Shown piece after piece: positions 19,211-28,343 of a DNA stretch of 59,151 nt. The position numbers were made by a program, and so were the translations under genes. This DNA comes from a bacterium (GTDB lineage Bacteria > Hinthialibacterota > Hinthialibacteria > Hinthialibacterales > Hinthialibacteraceae): NCBI GenBank assembly GCA_016125385.1, contig WGLV01000049.1, positions 1-59,151 of the forward strand. Direction: 5' to 3'. The first letter of the stretch is position 1; the number at the start of each line of letters is the position of its first letter. The notes beneath the pieces were generated by a model that ran no database searches, had not been told where the DNA came from, and worked only from the letters and a program-made list of their open reading frames with translations.

Positions 19211-20095
19211 ATGCATCGAATCGACGTCTCATTTCCAACGCAGCGTTCATTCGCCGCGTTCATCACGTTATTCACCGTGGCTGCCGCGCTGGCGTTTACT
19301 CCCGCCGCTCAGGCGGGCTGGCTCAGCGACCCCGACGAAGCGTTTACGCAAGCCAAGGCCGAGAACAAGCCCGTCCTGATTTACCTCTACCACCCGTTAT
19401 CGCTCAAAAAAGACGCGCCGGTGTTTTCCAACGCGCTCGTCTCCAAATATCTGGTCCAGTTCATCATGGTCCAGATCAATATCGATTCGCATGGAGAATA
19501 CGCCGACCGTTTCGACGTCGAATCGTTTCCCACCGTGCTCATGTTCGATTCGCAGGGCCGCGAATTACTGCCATACCGCTATGAAAATGAAGACCTGAAG
19601 AGAACCCGCCTGACCGAGTACATGAAACAGGCGCTGAAAAACATCGAAGAGTTCTCACTGATCGAAAGCGAGATCGACCGTTTTCAAGACAAGCCCGAAT
19701 TCATGATCCGCTACGCTCGCGGGCTTCGCGACCGTGGCGAGTTCGGCAAGGCCGACTCGATTCTGCAGAAGGTCATCGACAGTTCATCCACATCGGCTGA
19801 GCTGAAAGATACGGCTCGTGAAACCCAGCTCAGCCTGCTGATTCTCCAGGCCACCCGTCACTTTTATTCTCACCGCTACGATCAGTGCATCGACCTGCTT
19901 CAGCGCGTCGTCGCAAAAGCCAAAGACGGCGATCTGTTGAACCAGACGAAGTATTTTCTTGGCATGGCGTATTGGGAGGCAGGCGACAAGAGAAAAGGCG
20001 AATCCATTCTGAAAAAAATGTCAGGCGATTCAAAAGCCGGTATCTTTCAGGATATGGCCAAACGATATATGGATGAAAAAAACGCGAGCGGCTGA
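19211..20095 (+). CDS. Exported thioredoxin-fold protein (no CxxC) with helical TPR-like C-terminus
   Basis: ATG at 19211 with AAGGA upstream. Signal peptide. 'KPVLIYLYHP...FPTVLMFD' resembles the thioredoxin-like/DUF255 fold but lacks the catalytic cysteines. Confidence 0.5.
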   Translation: MHRIDVSFPTQRSFAAFITLFTVAAALAFTPAAQAGWLSDPDEAFTQAKAENKPVLIYLYHPLSLKKDAPVFSNALVSKYLVQFIMVQINIDSHGEYADRFDVESFPTVLMFDSQGRELLPYRYENEDLKRTRLTEYMKQALKNIEEFSLIESEIDRFQDKPEFMIRYARGLRDRGEFGKADSILQKVIDSSSTSAELKDTARETQLSLLILQATRHFYSHRYDQCIDLLQRVVAKAKDGDLLNQTKYFLGMAYWEAGDKRKGESILKKMSGDSKAGIFQDMAKRYMDEKNASG

Positions 20096-20123
20096 TTCCA
20101 GTCACTCTCTCCTGATACGAAAG

Positions 20124-20153
20124 AAGGGCGGCCGAAGGAGGCCGCCCTTTTGA
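20124..20153. terminator. Bidirectional rho-independent terminator
   Basis: GGGCGGCC-gaaggag-GCCGCCC hairpin followed by TTTT. Confidence 0.6.
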
Positions 20154-20186
20154 TTTCATATTGTACGAATCACTCCAACTGCCACA

Positions 20187-20957
20187 TTAAAACAATGACC
20201 ATTCCGCCACCGGCGCGGCGCCGTATATGGTGAAGTTGTCAAAGGTAATCCCGATGCCAGGAAGCGAACGGTCGCTGTTGTTATCGAAGATCACGATGCA
20301 GTTGCAGCCGTCCGTCTCCACACTGTTGAACCGGCGGAAGGTGAAATCCTGCGCGATCGTGGTTTCGGCGGCGTCGCCGTCTTTCTTTACAAATACATTC
20401 ACGAATCCAGCCGCTGGATCGACCTCCATGCGGACGAAAAACTTCACGCCGTCATTGTACGGAACATCGGCCAGTTTGGTGAACGAGCCGCCGCCGGCGC
20501 CGTCGCCGTTGCGTGAATCGATCAGCCCGTTGTCCGCGAACCGCACCATCGCGCCCTGCTCGTTGTACGTAGGAGCCGGGTTCCCATCCAGGTTGAAGTT
20601 CACCGTATCGCTGAGACTGACGCCGATGTTCGCCATAGTGCCGTCGCCGGTATAGATCCCGTCGAATGACACGTAGAAAATATCTTTCTGAACCGGAATC
20701 ATCACGTATATCCACTTGCCGCCCACGCCGTCGCCAATCACTGCCAGCGCGTCATCCACCACGGCGATTGATGTCGCGGGCGCCCCCGGATTGGCGTCGA
20801 TCCATTGTGAGCCCGACGCGGGTTGCCCAACTACCGGACCGTCCACGTACCCGGCGTCCCCTGAAAAATCAGCCGAAAACTTGACTTGAGCCTGAACGCC
20901 CATCGCCATGACAAGCGCACCCGAAATCACCATCGCTTTCCAAAATGATCGTTTCAT
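20187..20957 (-). CDS. Secreted beta-rich hypothetical protein (jelly-roll/LamG-like)
   Basis: Start at MKRSF, GGAGG upstream. Signal peptide. Gly/Asp-rich beta composition. C-terminal 'FDNFTIY' is typical of concanavalin-like folds. Confidence 0.5.
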   Translation of the reverse strand: MKRSFWKAMVISGALVMAMGVQAQVKFSADFSGDAGYVDGPVVGQPASGSQWIDANPGAPATSIAVVDDALAVIGDGVGGKWIYVMIPVQKDIFYVSFDGIYTGDGTMANIGVSLSDTVNFNLDGNPAPTYNEQGAMVRFADNGLIDSRNGDGAGGGSFTKLADVPYNDGVKFFVRMEVDPAAGFVNVFVKKDGDAAETTIAQDFTFRRFNSVETDGCNCIVIFDNNSDRSLPGIGITFDNFTIYGAAPVAEWSLF

Positions 20958-21161
20958 TCCACAAACCTCCACAGCATAGAATTGGTTCGGTAGACGGAGT
21001 CTCCGATGGAATCGGCGAATCCTAACAGAACTCAAACAAGCCGCGCAAGCCAGCAAATGATCGAAAAAATAATTTTCACCCCGTTATTAAATTGTGGTTT
21101 TTAAGACGGTTATCCTGCGGTAAGGGGATGCGAGGGGGAAATTTAAATGAGAGCTGATTTT

Positions 21162-21956
21162 TTATTGAATGATGCTGGCCTGATGGTCGAGCCGGGTCTG
21201 CTTGAGTGAGGCTTCCGCTCTCTTCAAATACGGACGAAGGCGGGGATTGGTATGAGCTTTATCATGCAGTTCGGCGATCGCGGCCTCGGCTTGCTCAAAA
21301 TGCCGGGTGTTGAGTAATGACTCGATCAGCACGGAATACCCCTCTCCCACAGAACCATGGATCAACCGGAAAAAATGCTCCAGTACCGGCGTTTCCAATA
21401 CGCGTTCGAAAAAGGGGCGCTCAAAGTAAATTGTTCTCAGTACCACGTCATTATCGTGGTACAGGTGAAGAATCGCCTCGAACAGTGGGACAAGTTTATC
21501 CATCATGCGTTTGGCGCGGCGCAACAGGATGGGCAATTCGCGTTGAGCGGTGCTGATGACCTGCGTATTCAACCGCCGCAGGGCTTGCAAAGTTTTGTCA
21601 TCGTCTCTCAAAATCTGATCGGGATCGCCGTGGTAGGTCTCAAGCAGGCGGGCGTTGTCGCGCGCCTTATCCAGTTCATGCCACAACTCGCCCAGAATGC
21701 GGTCGAGAACCCGCTGGCGGCGCTGTTCCAGTTCCTGCGACTCGGGCATGCGGTACAGATCGTGCGAAAGGTCCTTCAACACGCGCAGTTGAGTTTCCAG
21801 CAGATCGTTGATCTGGTCGTGCGACGCCTCCCCGCTCTCTTCAAACGAATCATACAGGCGCTTCATCTCATACCACGTCTGATACAACCCCTTGATAAAG
21901 CGGATGCGCTTGTGGTTCCGTGAACTGGTTTGTGGATCGTGGTGATATCGGGGCAT
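21162..21956 (-). CDS. Alpha-helical hypothetical protein
   Basis: ORF extends to 22040 but would then overlap the upstream GT9 gene by 64 nt, so the internal Met (MPRYHHD) is the preferred start. No domain recognised. Confidence 0.4.
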   Translation of the reverse strand: MPRYHHDPQTSSRNHKRIRFIKGLYQTWYEMKRLYDSFEESGEASHDQINDLLETQLRVLKDLSHDLYRMPESQELEQRRQRVLDRILGELWHELDKARDNARLLETYHGDPDQILRDDDKTLQALRRLNTQVISTAQRELPILLRRAKRMMDKLVPLFEAILHLYHDNDVVLRTIYFERPFFERVLETPVLEHFFRLIHGSVGEGYSVLIESLLNTRHFEQAEAAIAELHDKAHTNPRLRPYLKRAEASLKQTRLDHQASIIQ

Positions 21957-21976
21957 TGGTTTCGCGCTCGCCGGCC

Positions 21977-23104
21977 TCAAACTCCGAAGAGCCCTCGCAA
22001 TGTGGAATGGACGCGTTCGGCCGGGAGGTTTTGCATGCAATACGGGTCTTTATCGCAATCGGTGAGATAACAGCCCAGGCAGTCTACGTCTCCCTGAAGG
22101 ATACTCCCCTGACCGTAAAGTTCCAACTCTCGCGCCGAGGTGGGGCCCACCATACAGACAACCGGCTTGCCCAGCGCCAGCGCGGCGTGCAGCGCGAATG
22201 TGTCGCCGGTGACCACGGCGTCGCACAATCCGAGGATGGCGCTGAAATCGAGCAGCGAGGGCCAAAGCCCCGCGTCGATCGCGGGAACCTCAAGCCCGTC
22301 CGTGATCCGTTGCAACTGCTCGGCGTCGTCTGGGCCGTGCAGCAGCAGAACGTGAGCGTTCAGATCGCGATAAACCAGGCGCGCGAGTTCAATAAATCCC
22401 TCCGCCGTCCATTTTTTATGCCGCCAGCGCCCCCCCGCGCCAACGTTAAAACCGATCACCCGGTCGCCAGGCTTCAAACCGTTCGCCAGAGCGAACGCGG
22501 CCGCCTTGTGGCGCGACGATTCGGGCGGATTCAACACAATGGGGTGATTGACCTCCGGCGCGCCCAGAATGGAGCGCATCAGGCTTTGATAGGTGCGCTG
22601 GTTTGCGCGTTTCACGTCGTCCCACAGGCTCATTTCGATCACGGTCTCCGCTTCGGGCGAAAACGCGGTCACCACGCCTTGCGGAGACAGGCCAAAACCT
22701 CGCTTGTTTTCAGCCGAAACGCGCATCGCCAGCGCGCAGGCCTCGGCGGAGAGGTCGAAATTCACGCAGAGGTCGAAATGCAGCGCGTCGATCAGCGCGA
22801 GCGACTCCGTGTTCAGCTCCAGCGGCTGGTCGACGCCGGTCGCGTTCGCGACCAGTGGATACGCGGAGCCTCTCGTCACCCAGGTGATATGCGCGGCTGG
22901 ATGCAGGTCGCGAATCGAGCCCAGCAGCGCGGTGGTGCGCAGCACATCGCCGGTGGCGCCCAGCTTGATGACAAGAACCCGCGTCTGGATCGGGTCGTAC
23001 TCATCGCACCCCTCGCAAACGGCGCCTCGCTCCTTGTGAGGGCGGCACGGACGGTCTCCCCGGTAATGGCGGCAGTCAGATTTCAGCAGTCTCATGGTCT
23101 CCAC
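21977..23104 (-). CDS. Glycosyltransferase family 9 (heptosyltransferase-like) with terminal Cys clusters
   Basis: 'VLVIKLGATGDVL' GT9 N-terminal signature. C4 clusters at both ends ('CRHYRGDRPC...CEGC' and 'DCLGC...DCDKDPYC'). Confidence 0.7.
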   Translation of the reverse strand: METMRLLKSDCRHYRGDRPCRPHKERGAVCEGCDEYDPIQTRVLVIKLGATGDVLRTTALLGSIRDLHPAAHITWVTRGSAYPLVANATGVDQPLELNTESLALIDALHFDLCVNFDLSAEACALAMRVSAENKRGFGLSPQGVVTAFSPEAETVIEMSLWDDVKRANQRTYQSLMRSILGAPEVNHPIVLNPPESSRHKAAAFALANGLKPGDRVIGFNVGAGGRWRHKKWTAEGFIELARLVYRDLNAHVLLLHGPDDAEQLQRITDGLEVPAIDAGLWPSLLDFSAILGLCDAVVTGDTFALHAALALGKPVVCMVGPTSARELELYGQGSILQGDVDCLGCYLTDCDKDPYCMQNLPAERVHSTLRGLFGV

Positions 23105-23289
23105 GCGGTCGATTCATTCGCCGGATTCGGCTGAACGTCATGGGAAAGTATACCTTGTAAAGCGGTTGTCAAAACCTGTTCACATTGCGTCCAGTGAAAA
23201 CCCGCGAAATTCGTGAGGCGGCGTGAAAAGGCCCCATCCAGCCAGATCGGCGAATGGGGCCTCATGAAACTTCAGTATACAGAGATGCG

Positions 23290-24678
23290 CTACTTGCGCG
23301 TCTCCCCCTGCTCGCTCCCGGCGACGTCGGCCTGACTTTCAGCCAGCGCCACGGTCGACATCAGGTCGCTGGCGCGGGCGGCGGCGGTGATCTGCGCGAT
23401 GATGTTGTCGCCGTTGTTGCCTGAAATCACCAGCCGGCCGTTGGACGCCAGCGCGTTGAGCATATCGAGCCGACGGGTCTCGATCTCATAGGCGCGCAGG
23501 CTCTTCATGCGTTCGGCGGCGAACGACTCCGCTTCCGACTTGACGCGCAACGCCTCGGCGCGGTTTTGCGACGCTTTCAACTCGCCTTCAGAGAGCCGCG
23601 CCATGACGGCGGCGTCTTTTTCCGCCTCGATTTCGGCGAGGCGCTTTTTCTTGTCCGCTTCGATCTCCTCGGTTTCCTTCATGATCTTCTGGCGATCGCG
23701 GCGCGCTTCTTCGTCGGCGGCCAGCCGTTCGTTCTTCTTGTTCAGTTCTTCCCGTGAAAGCGATTCGCGGTCGTTCAACACTTTCAGTTCGAATTCCTGA
23801 TGTTTTTCCTGCTCGCGCTTTTTCGCTTCGTACACGGTCTGGTTTTCCAGCGCTTTCGCGAGTTCATCGGGCAGCACTACGTTGGTGATGGTGGCCGAGG
23901 TGAATACGACGCCGAATATCTGGAACTGCTCGTTAAGCCCGCTGATCATTTCGCCCGCGCCCTTGCCGCGCAGCTCATACGCCCGGTCGTGCGACACGCC
24001 GCGCACCAGCCCGCGGATAGCCTCCTCGGCGGATGAAGCCAGCAGATCGTCGAATTTTTCCGCGCCGAGTTTATAGACGAACGCCTCCGGTTCTTCGACG
24101 TGAAAAGTCAACAACAGGTCCACTTTAACCATCACGTTATCGGATGTCGGGCAGTTCTTGACCGGCGCGTTATACGCGGTCGACTGCCGCGTCACCATGT
24201 AGGCGATTTTGTACCAGGGCGGCAGAAAATGACGTCCGGCCTCATACACGCCGATATAACGGCCATGTTTGGTCATCAGCGCGAAAACCCCGCTGGGAAT
24301 GGACAATGCGATCAGCGGGTACACGCCGATCAGCAGAAACAGCACCATCAGCGGCCAGTACGTAACGTACCCGATTCCCGAAAAAATAATGGGCTTGGCG
24401 ATGTACTCATTGATGAACGGAACCTGGTTGAGAAACAGGCCGACGAACGCCATCAACATGCCCAGCGTCAATGAAAACGCGTTGGTTTTGGATGTACGCT
24501 TGGGCGTGATGACGATGGGCGTGGTTCCGTCATCGCCCTTGCGCCCGAATACGCGATTGGCTTCGTCCGGGTCGCTGATGGTCACCTGTTTGAGCCGCGT
24601 GGCCACCATGTCTGAAAAAGCGTCCGCCACTTTATCGCGCGGCGACAGGCCCATGGGAATATCCGTACGTTGATTCAT
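23290..24678 (-). CDS. SPFH/band-7 (flotillin/YqiK-like) membrane protein with long coiled-coil tail
   Basis: Transmembrane helices, then SPFH core ('VDLLLTFHV', 'QIFGVVFTSATITNV'), then a roughly 180-aa E/K/R-rich coiled coil. Confidence 0.7.
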   Translation of the reverse strand: MNQRTDIPMGLSPRDKVADAFSDMVATRLKQVTISDPDEANRVFGRKGDDGTTPIVITPKRTSKTNAFSLTLGMLMAFVGLFLNQVPFINEYIAKPIIFSGIGYVTYWPLMVLFLLIGVYPLIALSIPSGVFALMTKHGRYIGVYEAGRHFLPPWYKIAYMVTRQSTAYNAPVKNCPTSDNVMVKVDLLLTFHVEEPEAFVYKLGAEKFDDLLASSAEEAIRGLVRGVSHDRAYELRGKGAGEMISGLNEQFQIFGVVFTSATITNVVLPDELAKALENQTVYEAKKREQEKHQEFELKVLNDRESLSREELNKKNERLAADEEARRDRQKIMKETEEIEADKKKRLAEIEAEKDAAVMARLSEGELKASQNRAEALRVKSEAESFAAERMKSLRAYEIETRRLDMLNALASNGRLVISGNNGDNIIAQITAAARASDLMSTVALAESQADVAGSEQGETRK

Positions 24679-24924
24679 GTCTACCCCTCCTGAGATGTGT
24701 GATCGTGGACAGAAACGGAACGATGACGGATTCAAAAAAGGTCATCGAATGACGCGGGAAGGCTCCATCGCATCGCAATTCAGATCGTCATGCCAGCCCC
24801 CCTCCTCGCTTGTTTATACCATACGACGGGATTCAGAAAATATTTCAAACTTGCGCGGCGAAGCGTTCTTTGCGAGAATTCGTTACGTCTCGCAATGATA
24901 TAAAATCGTGAAGGGAGAATTCAC

Positions 24925-25890
24925 GTGAGAGGAATTTGGCTTCATGGAGCGATCGCAATCCTGATGATGACCGCCGCTGCGAATGGATACGCCCAGGACA
25001 AGACTCTCGCCGAACGGCTGGGGTACGCGAAAGATGACGTACTGCTCATCATTCACGCCGACGACATGGGCATGTGCCATTCCAGCAGCCTCGCCTGCAT
25101 CGACGCCCTTGAGAAAGGCATTGTCACCTGCGCCAGCACGATGGTCCCCTGCCCCTGGTTCCCCGAAATCGCCCAGTACGCGCGCGAGCATCCCGAGGCG
25201 GATATCGGTCTCCACCTGACCTACACCGCCGAGTGGAAACGATACCGCTGGGGGCCGCTGTCGCCGCGGTCGCTCGTGCCGGGCTTGATTGATGAAGAAG
25301 GGTATTTCCATCACGGCGTCGAAGCGGTGGTGAAATCATCGAACGCAAAAGAAATCGAAATCGAAACTCGCGCTCAAATTGAACACGCGCTGCGCAACGG
25401 CCTCAAACCCACCCACCTCGATTCTCACATGGGCACGATCTATGCCGATCCGTCGTTTTTGCAGACGGTGCTGAAACTCTCCGAAGAATACGACATCCCC
25501 TTCATGTTCTTTAATCCGACTCCGGCCATGATCGAGCGCGTGGGCGGTGAAGATAAATTCCCCTCCGCTTTGTCTGAATCGATGGCCGCGCGCGGTGTTC
25601 CGTTAATCGACAGCCTCCCGTCGATCGGCGATGTCCCCGTCGACCAGTATGAAGAAGCTTACAAAAAACTGATCGCTGAGTTGAAACCCGGCGTCCATCT
25701 GCTGATTATTCATCCCAATCTCGAATCGGATGAATCCCGCGCCATCACCGGTACGCACGAAAAGCGCAACGCCGAATATGAAATCTTCACCAATCCCGCC
25801 ATGAAAACTTTCATCGAAAAACAGGGCGTCAAACTCATCGGCTGGAAAGACCTGCTGCCGTTGTGGAAATCGCGCGCCCGAGTGGAGTAA
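24925..25890 (+). CDS. YdjC/ChbG-family carbohydrate deacetylase, exported
   Basis: Signal peptide. 'LIIHADDMGM' is the YdjC family signature. Confidence 0.7.
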   Translation: MRGIWLHGAIAILMMTAAANGYAQDKTLAERLGYAKDDVLLIIHADDMGMCHSSSLACIDALEKGIVTCASTMVPCPWFPEIAQYAREHPEADIGLHLTYTAEWKRYRWGPLSPRSLVPGLIDEEGYFHHGVEAVVKSSNAKEIEIETRAQIEHALRNGLKPTHLDSHMGTIYADPSFLQTVLKLSEEYDIPFMFFNPTPAMIERVGGEDKFPSALSESMAARGVPLIDSLPSIGDVPVDQYEEAYKKLIAELKPGVHLLIIHPNLESDESRAITGTHEKRNAEYEIFTNPAMKTFIEKQGVKLIGWKDLLPLWKSRARVE

Positions 25891-25894
25891 CGCC

Positions 25895-27277
25895 ATGACC
25901 ATTCAGGATCGAAGACGATTCATTCAGACCGCCGCCATCGGCGCGGCGGGAGCCGCGGCGATGATCAATCGTACCGCCGTCGGACAGATTCCCGGCGAGC
26001 GCCCCAGACAGGCGGAAGCGATTCGCGTCGTTAACCCGCGCAACCGCGTCCCGGTGGGGCTCATCATCGACGACTCAACCTGTCTGGCGAACCTTGCTTA
26101 CTTCGGCATCCCCCAGTTCGCTCAAACCTTCCCCGAACAATACAAGCAGGACTGGCGCTCGTTACCGCGCGAGATTCCCGACGCGTTTGTGCGCAAGTTC
26201 GCGCGTTGGTCGCAGGAAACCGGCGTGAAGGGCAAGTACAGCCTGGTTCCATACCCCGCCTGCGTGGGCTGGCTCGACCGCTATCTCCCCGGCTGGACGG
26301 AGAAAGAACTGAAAGACAGCCTCGATCTGGTGAAGACCGAGCTTTCGGCGCATTGGGATTTTCACCCGGAGATGGTCTCGCATACGCGCGTCATCGACAT
26401 CAAAACCGGACGTCCTTTCGAAGACTCCAGCGAATATTTCATGGAGAACTGGCGCTGGACCGATGATAAATCAGTCGACGAACTGGCGGCCTACATCGCC
26501 TACGCGCTGAACATCCTCAAAAACGCGGGCGTCGAGTGTGAGGGCATGACGACTCCGGGCGGTTTCGGAAGCCGGGTTCTGCCTGAATTGGCTCAGGCCA
26601 CGCTGCAAGCCTGCCGTGAAGTCTACAATGCCGAGATTCCCCACTATTTCCGTCACCTGTTCACCGATGAAACCTCCGTCGCGCCGCGCGTGGAATACGC
26701 CGCCGGCCTCGAGAGCGGTTCTCCGGAATGCGTGGTCTCGATCGTCGGCTGTACGGGCGACTGGTTCGGCGGATGGGACGGCCTGACTCCCGGTTCGGTC
26801 GACAAACTCATTACCGAAGACCTGCAAAGCGGCCGTATGGTCGAAGTCATCGAACGCGGTGAACCCGCCATCATGGTCTGTCACTGGCCGGGCATTTACT
26901 TCAATGGCGAAGAGACCGGATTCTCGATCCTCAAAGAAGCCGTCAACCGCTTGCATCAAAAATACAACGATCTGATCTGGATGAAAAACTCCGAGGTCGC
27001 CCGCTACTGGGCCGCGCGCGAACTTACTCGCGTCGACGCGCTGTACGGCGGCGCCGCGTTTCGCGCACCGTTCGCCTGCCCTCGTTTCACCGTCGCGGTT
27101 AAAAACGCCCCCACCCGCGATCCGGCTCTCGAAACGGCCGGCGGCGCGGCCCCGCTGACGAAAGTGAACAATCCGCTCGAACTCGACGCCGGCCGCTGGG
27201 CGGAATCCGGCGAGGAAACGCTGCTATGCTTCGATCTGCCGAAAGGCGAGTCGAAGTTATTGCTGTATTCGACCTGA
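25895..27277 (+). CDS. Tat-exported hypothetical protein (possible carbohydrate-active enzyme)
   Basis: Twin-arginine leader 'RRRFIQTAAIGAAGAAA'. Begins 4 nt after the previous gene. No confident domain. Confidence 0.45.
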   Translation: MTIQDRRRFIQTAAIGAAGAAAMINRTAVGQIPGERPRQAEAIRVVNPRNRVPVGLIIDDSTCLANLAYFGIPQFAQTFPEQYKQDWRSLPREIPDAFVRKFARWSQETGVKGKYSLVPYPACVGWLDRYLPGWTEKELKDSLDLVKTELSAHWDFHPEMVSHTRVIDIKTGRPFEDSSEYFMENWRWTDDKSVDELAAYIAYALNILKNAGVECEGMTTPGGFGSRVLPELAQATLQACREVYNAEIPHYFRHLFTDETSVAPRVEYAAGLESGSPECVVSIVGCTGDWFGGWDGLTPGSVDKLITEDLQSGRMVEVIERGEPAIMVCHWPGIYFNGEETGFSILKEAVNRLHQKYNDLIWMKNSEVARYWAARELTRVDALYGGAAFRAPFACPRFTVAVKNAPTRDPALETAGGAAPLTKVNNPLELDAGRWAESGEETLLCFDLPKGESKLLLYST

Positions 27278-27333
27278 TCGAACAACCTGATCCCGTTGCG
27301 TGACGATTCAATTAATACCAAGGAGATGTTTGT

Positions 27334-28311
27334 ATGGATCGACGCCGTTTTATCCAAAACGCCGCCAGCGGCGCCGGCGCCGCGGCGCTGGCCGCCCGCT
27401 CCTCATTCTCAAAAGAAGGAACCATCGCTATGAATTCAAGCAATCCCTCGCCGATGATGATGGCCACCTGGAACTTCGGCGTCGCCGCGCTGGAAGCGGG
27501 CCATGAAGCCCTGAAACAGGGCAAGACGGCTCTCGACGCGGTCGAGCGCGCCGCCATCGTGACTGAGAACGACCCCGAAAACACCAGTGTGGGCTACGGC
27601 GGATACCCCAACGCGCGCGGCGTGGTTCAGCTTGACGCGGCCATTATCGATGGCAAGACGGGCCGGATGGGATCGGTGGGCGCGATTGAGAATATCAAAA
27701 ATCCCATCTCGGTCGCCCGCAAAGTGCTTGAACACAGCCCCCACGTCATGATCGTCGGCGAAGGAGCCAAATCGTTCGCGCTCAGCCAGGGTTTTCACGA
27801 AGAAAACCTGCTCACCCCCAAGGCGCTCGACTGGTACGCCGAACAATTAAAGAAAGACCAGGGCGATAAAGGCCACGATACCATCGGCGTACTGGCTCGC
27901 GACGGCGCGGGCGATATGGCGGTGGCCTGCACCACCAGCGGACTGGCGATGAAATGGCCGGGCCGGGTGGGCGATTCACCGCTGATCGGCGCCGGGCTGT
28001 ACATGGACGGCGAAGTCGGCGGCGCCACTGGTACCGGCGTGGGTGAACGCGCCATCGAAACCTGCGCGGCCTTCGCCATCGTTGAGATGATGCGCAACGG
28101 CAAAACCCCGCAGGAAGCCTGCGAGGCGCTCATCCGCCGCGTGGCCAGACGCAACAGCGGCAAGCTTGCGTTCCAGTTCGCCTTCATGGCGATGAACGTC
28201 GATGGTGAATATGGCGCCGCATCCTACCAGAGCGGCTTTGAATACGCCCTGCTGAAAGACGGTAAGATCACGCTGAACACCGGCAAAACCTTCGGCAAGG
28301 ATTTCGACTGA
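27334..28311 (+). CDS. Ntn-hydrolase of the asparaginase-2 family (glycosylasparaginase / isoaspartyl peptidase-like), Tat-exported
   Basis: Twin-arginine leader. 'HDTIGVLA' contains the nucleophile Thr. 'TTSG' and 'GAGLY' motifs of glycosylasparaginase/plant-type asparaginase. Confidence 0.75.
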   Translation: MDRRRFIQNAASGAGAAALAARSSFSKEGTIAMNSSNPSPMMMATWNFGVAALEAGHEALKQGKTALDAVERAAIVTENDPENTSVGYGGYPNARGVVQLDAAIIDGKTGRMGSVGAIENIKNPISVARKVLEHSPHVMIVGEGAKSFALSQGFHEENLLTPKALDWYAEQLKKDQGDKGHDTIGVLARDGAGDMAVACTTSGLAMKWPGRVGDSPLIGAGLYMDGEVGGATGTGVGERAIETCAAFAIVEMMRNGKTPQEACEALIRRVARRNSGKLAFQFAFMAMNVDGEYGAASYQSGFEYALLKDGKITLNTGKTFGKDFD

Positions 28312-28343
28312 CGCGCGTGGCGTAGATCCACAGGGGGAGACAC

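Noticed and set aside
21957-22040. 64-nt overlap between the GT9 gene and the downstream hypothetical ORF
   Set aside because: An internal Met at 21956 removes the overlap and leaves a 20-nt spacer. The longer form is probably a start-codon over-extension.
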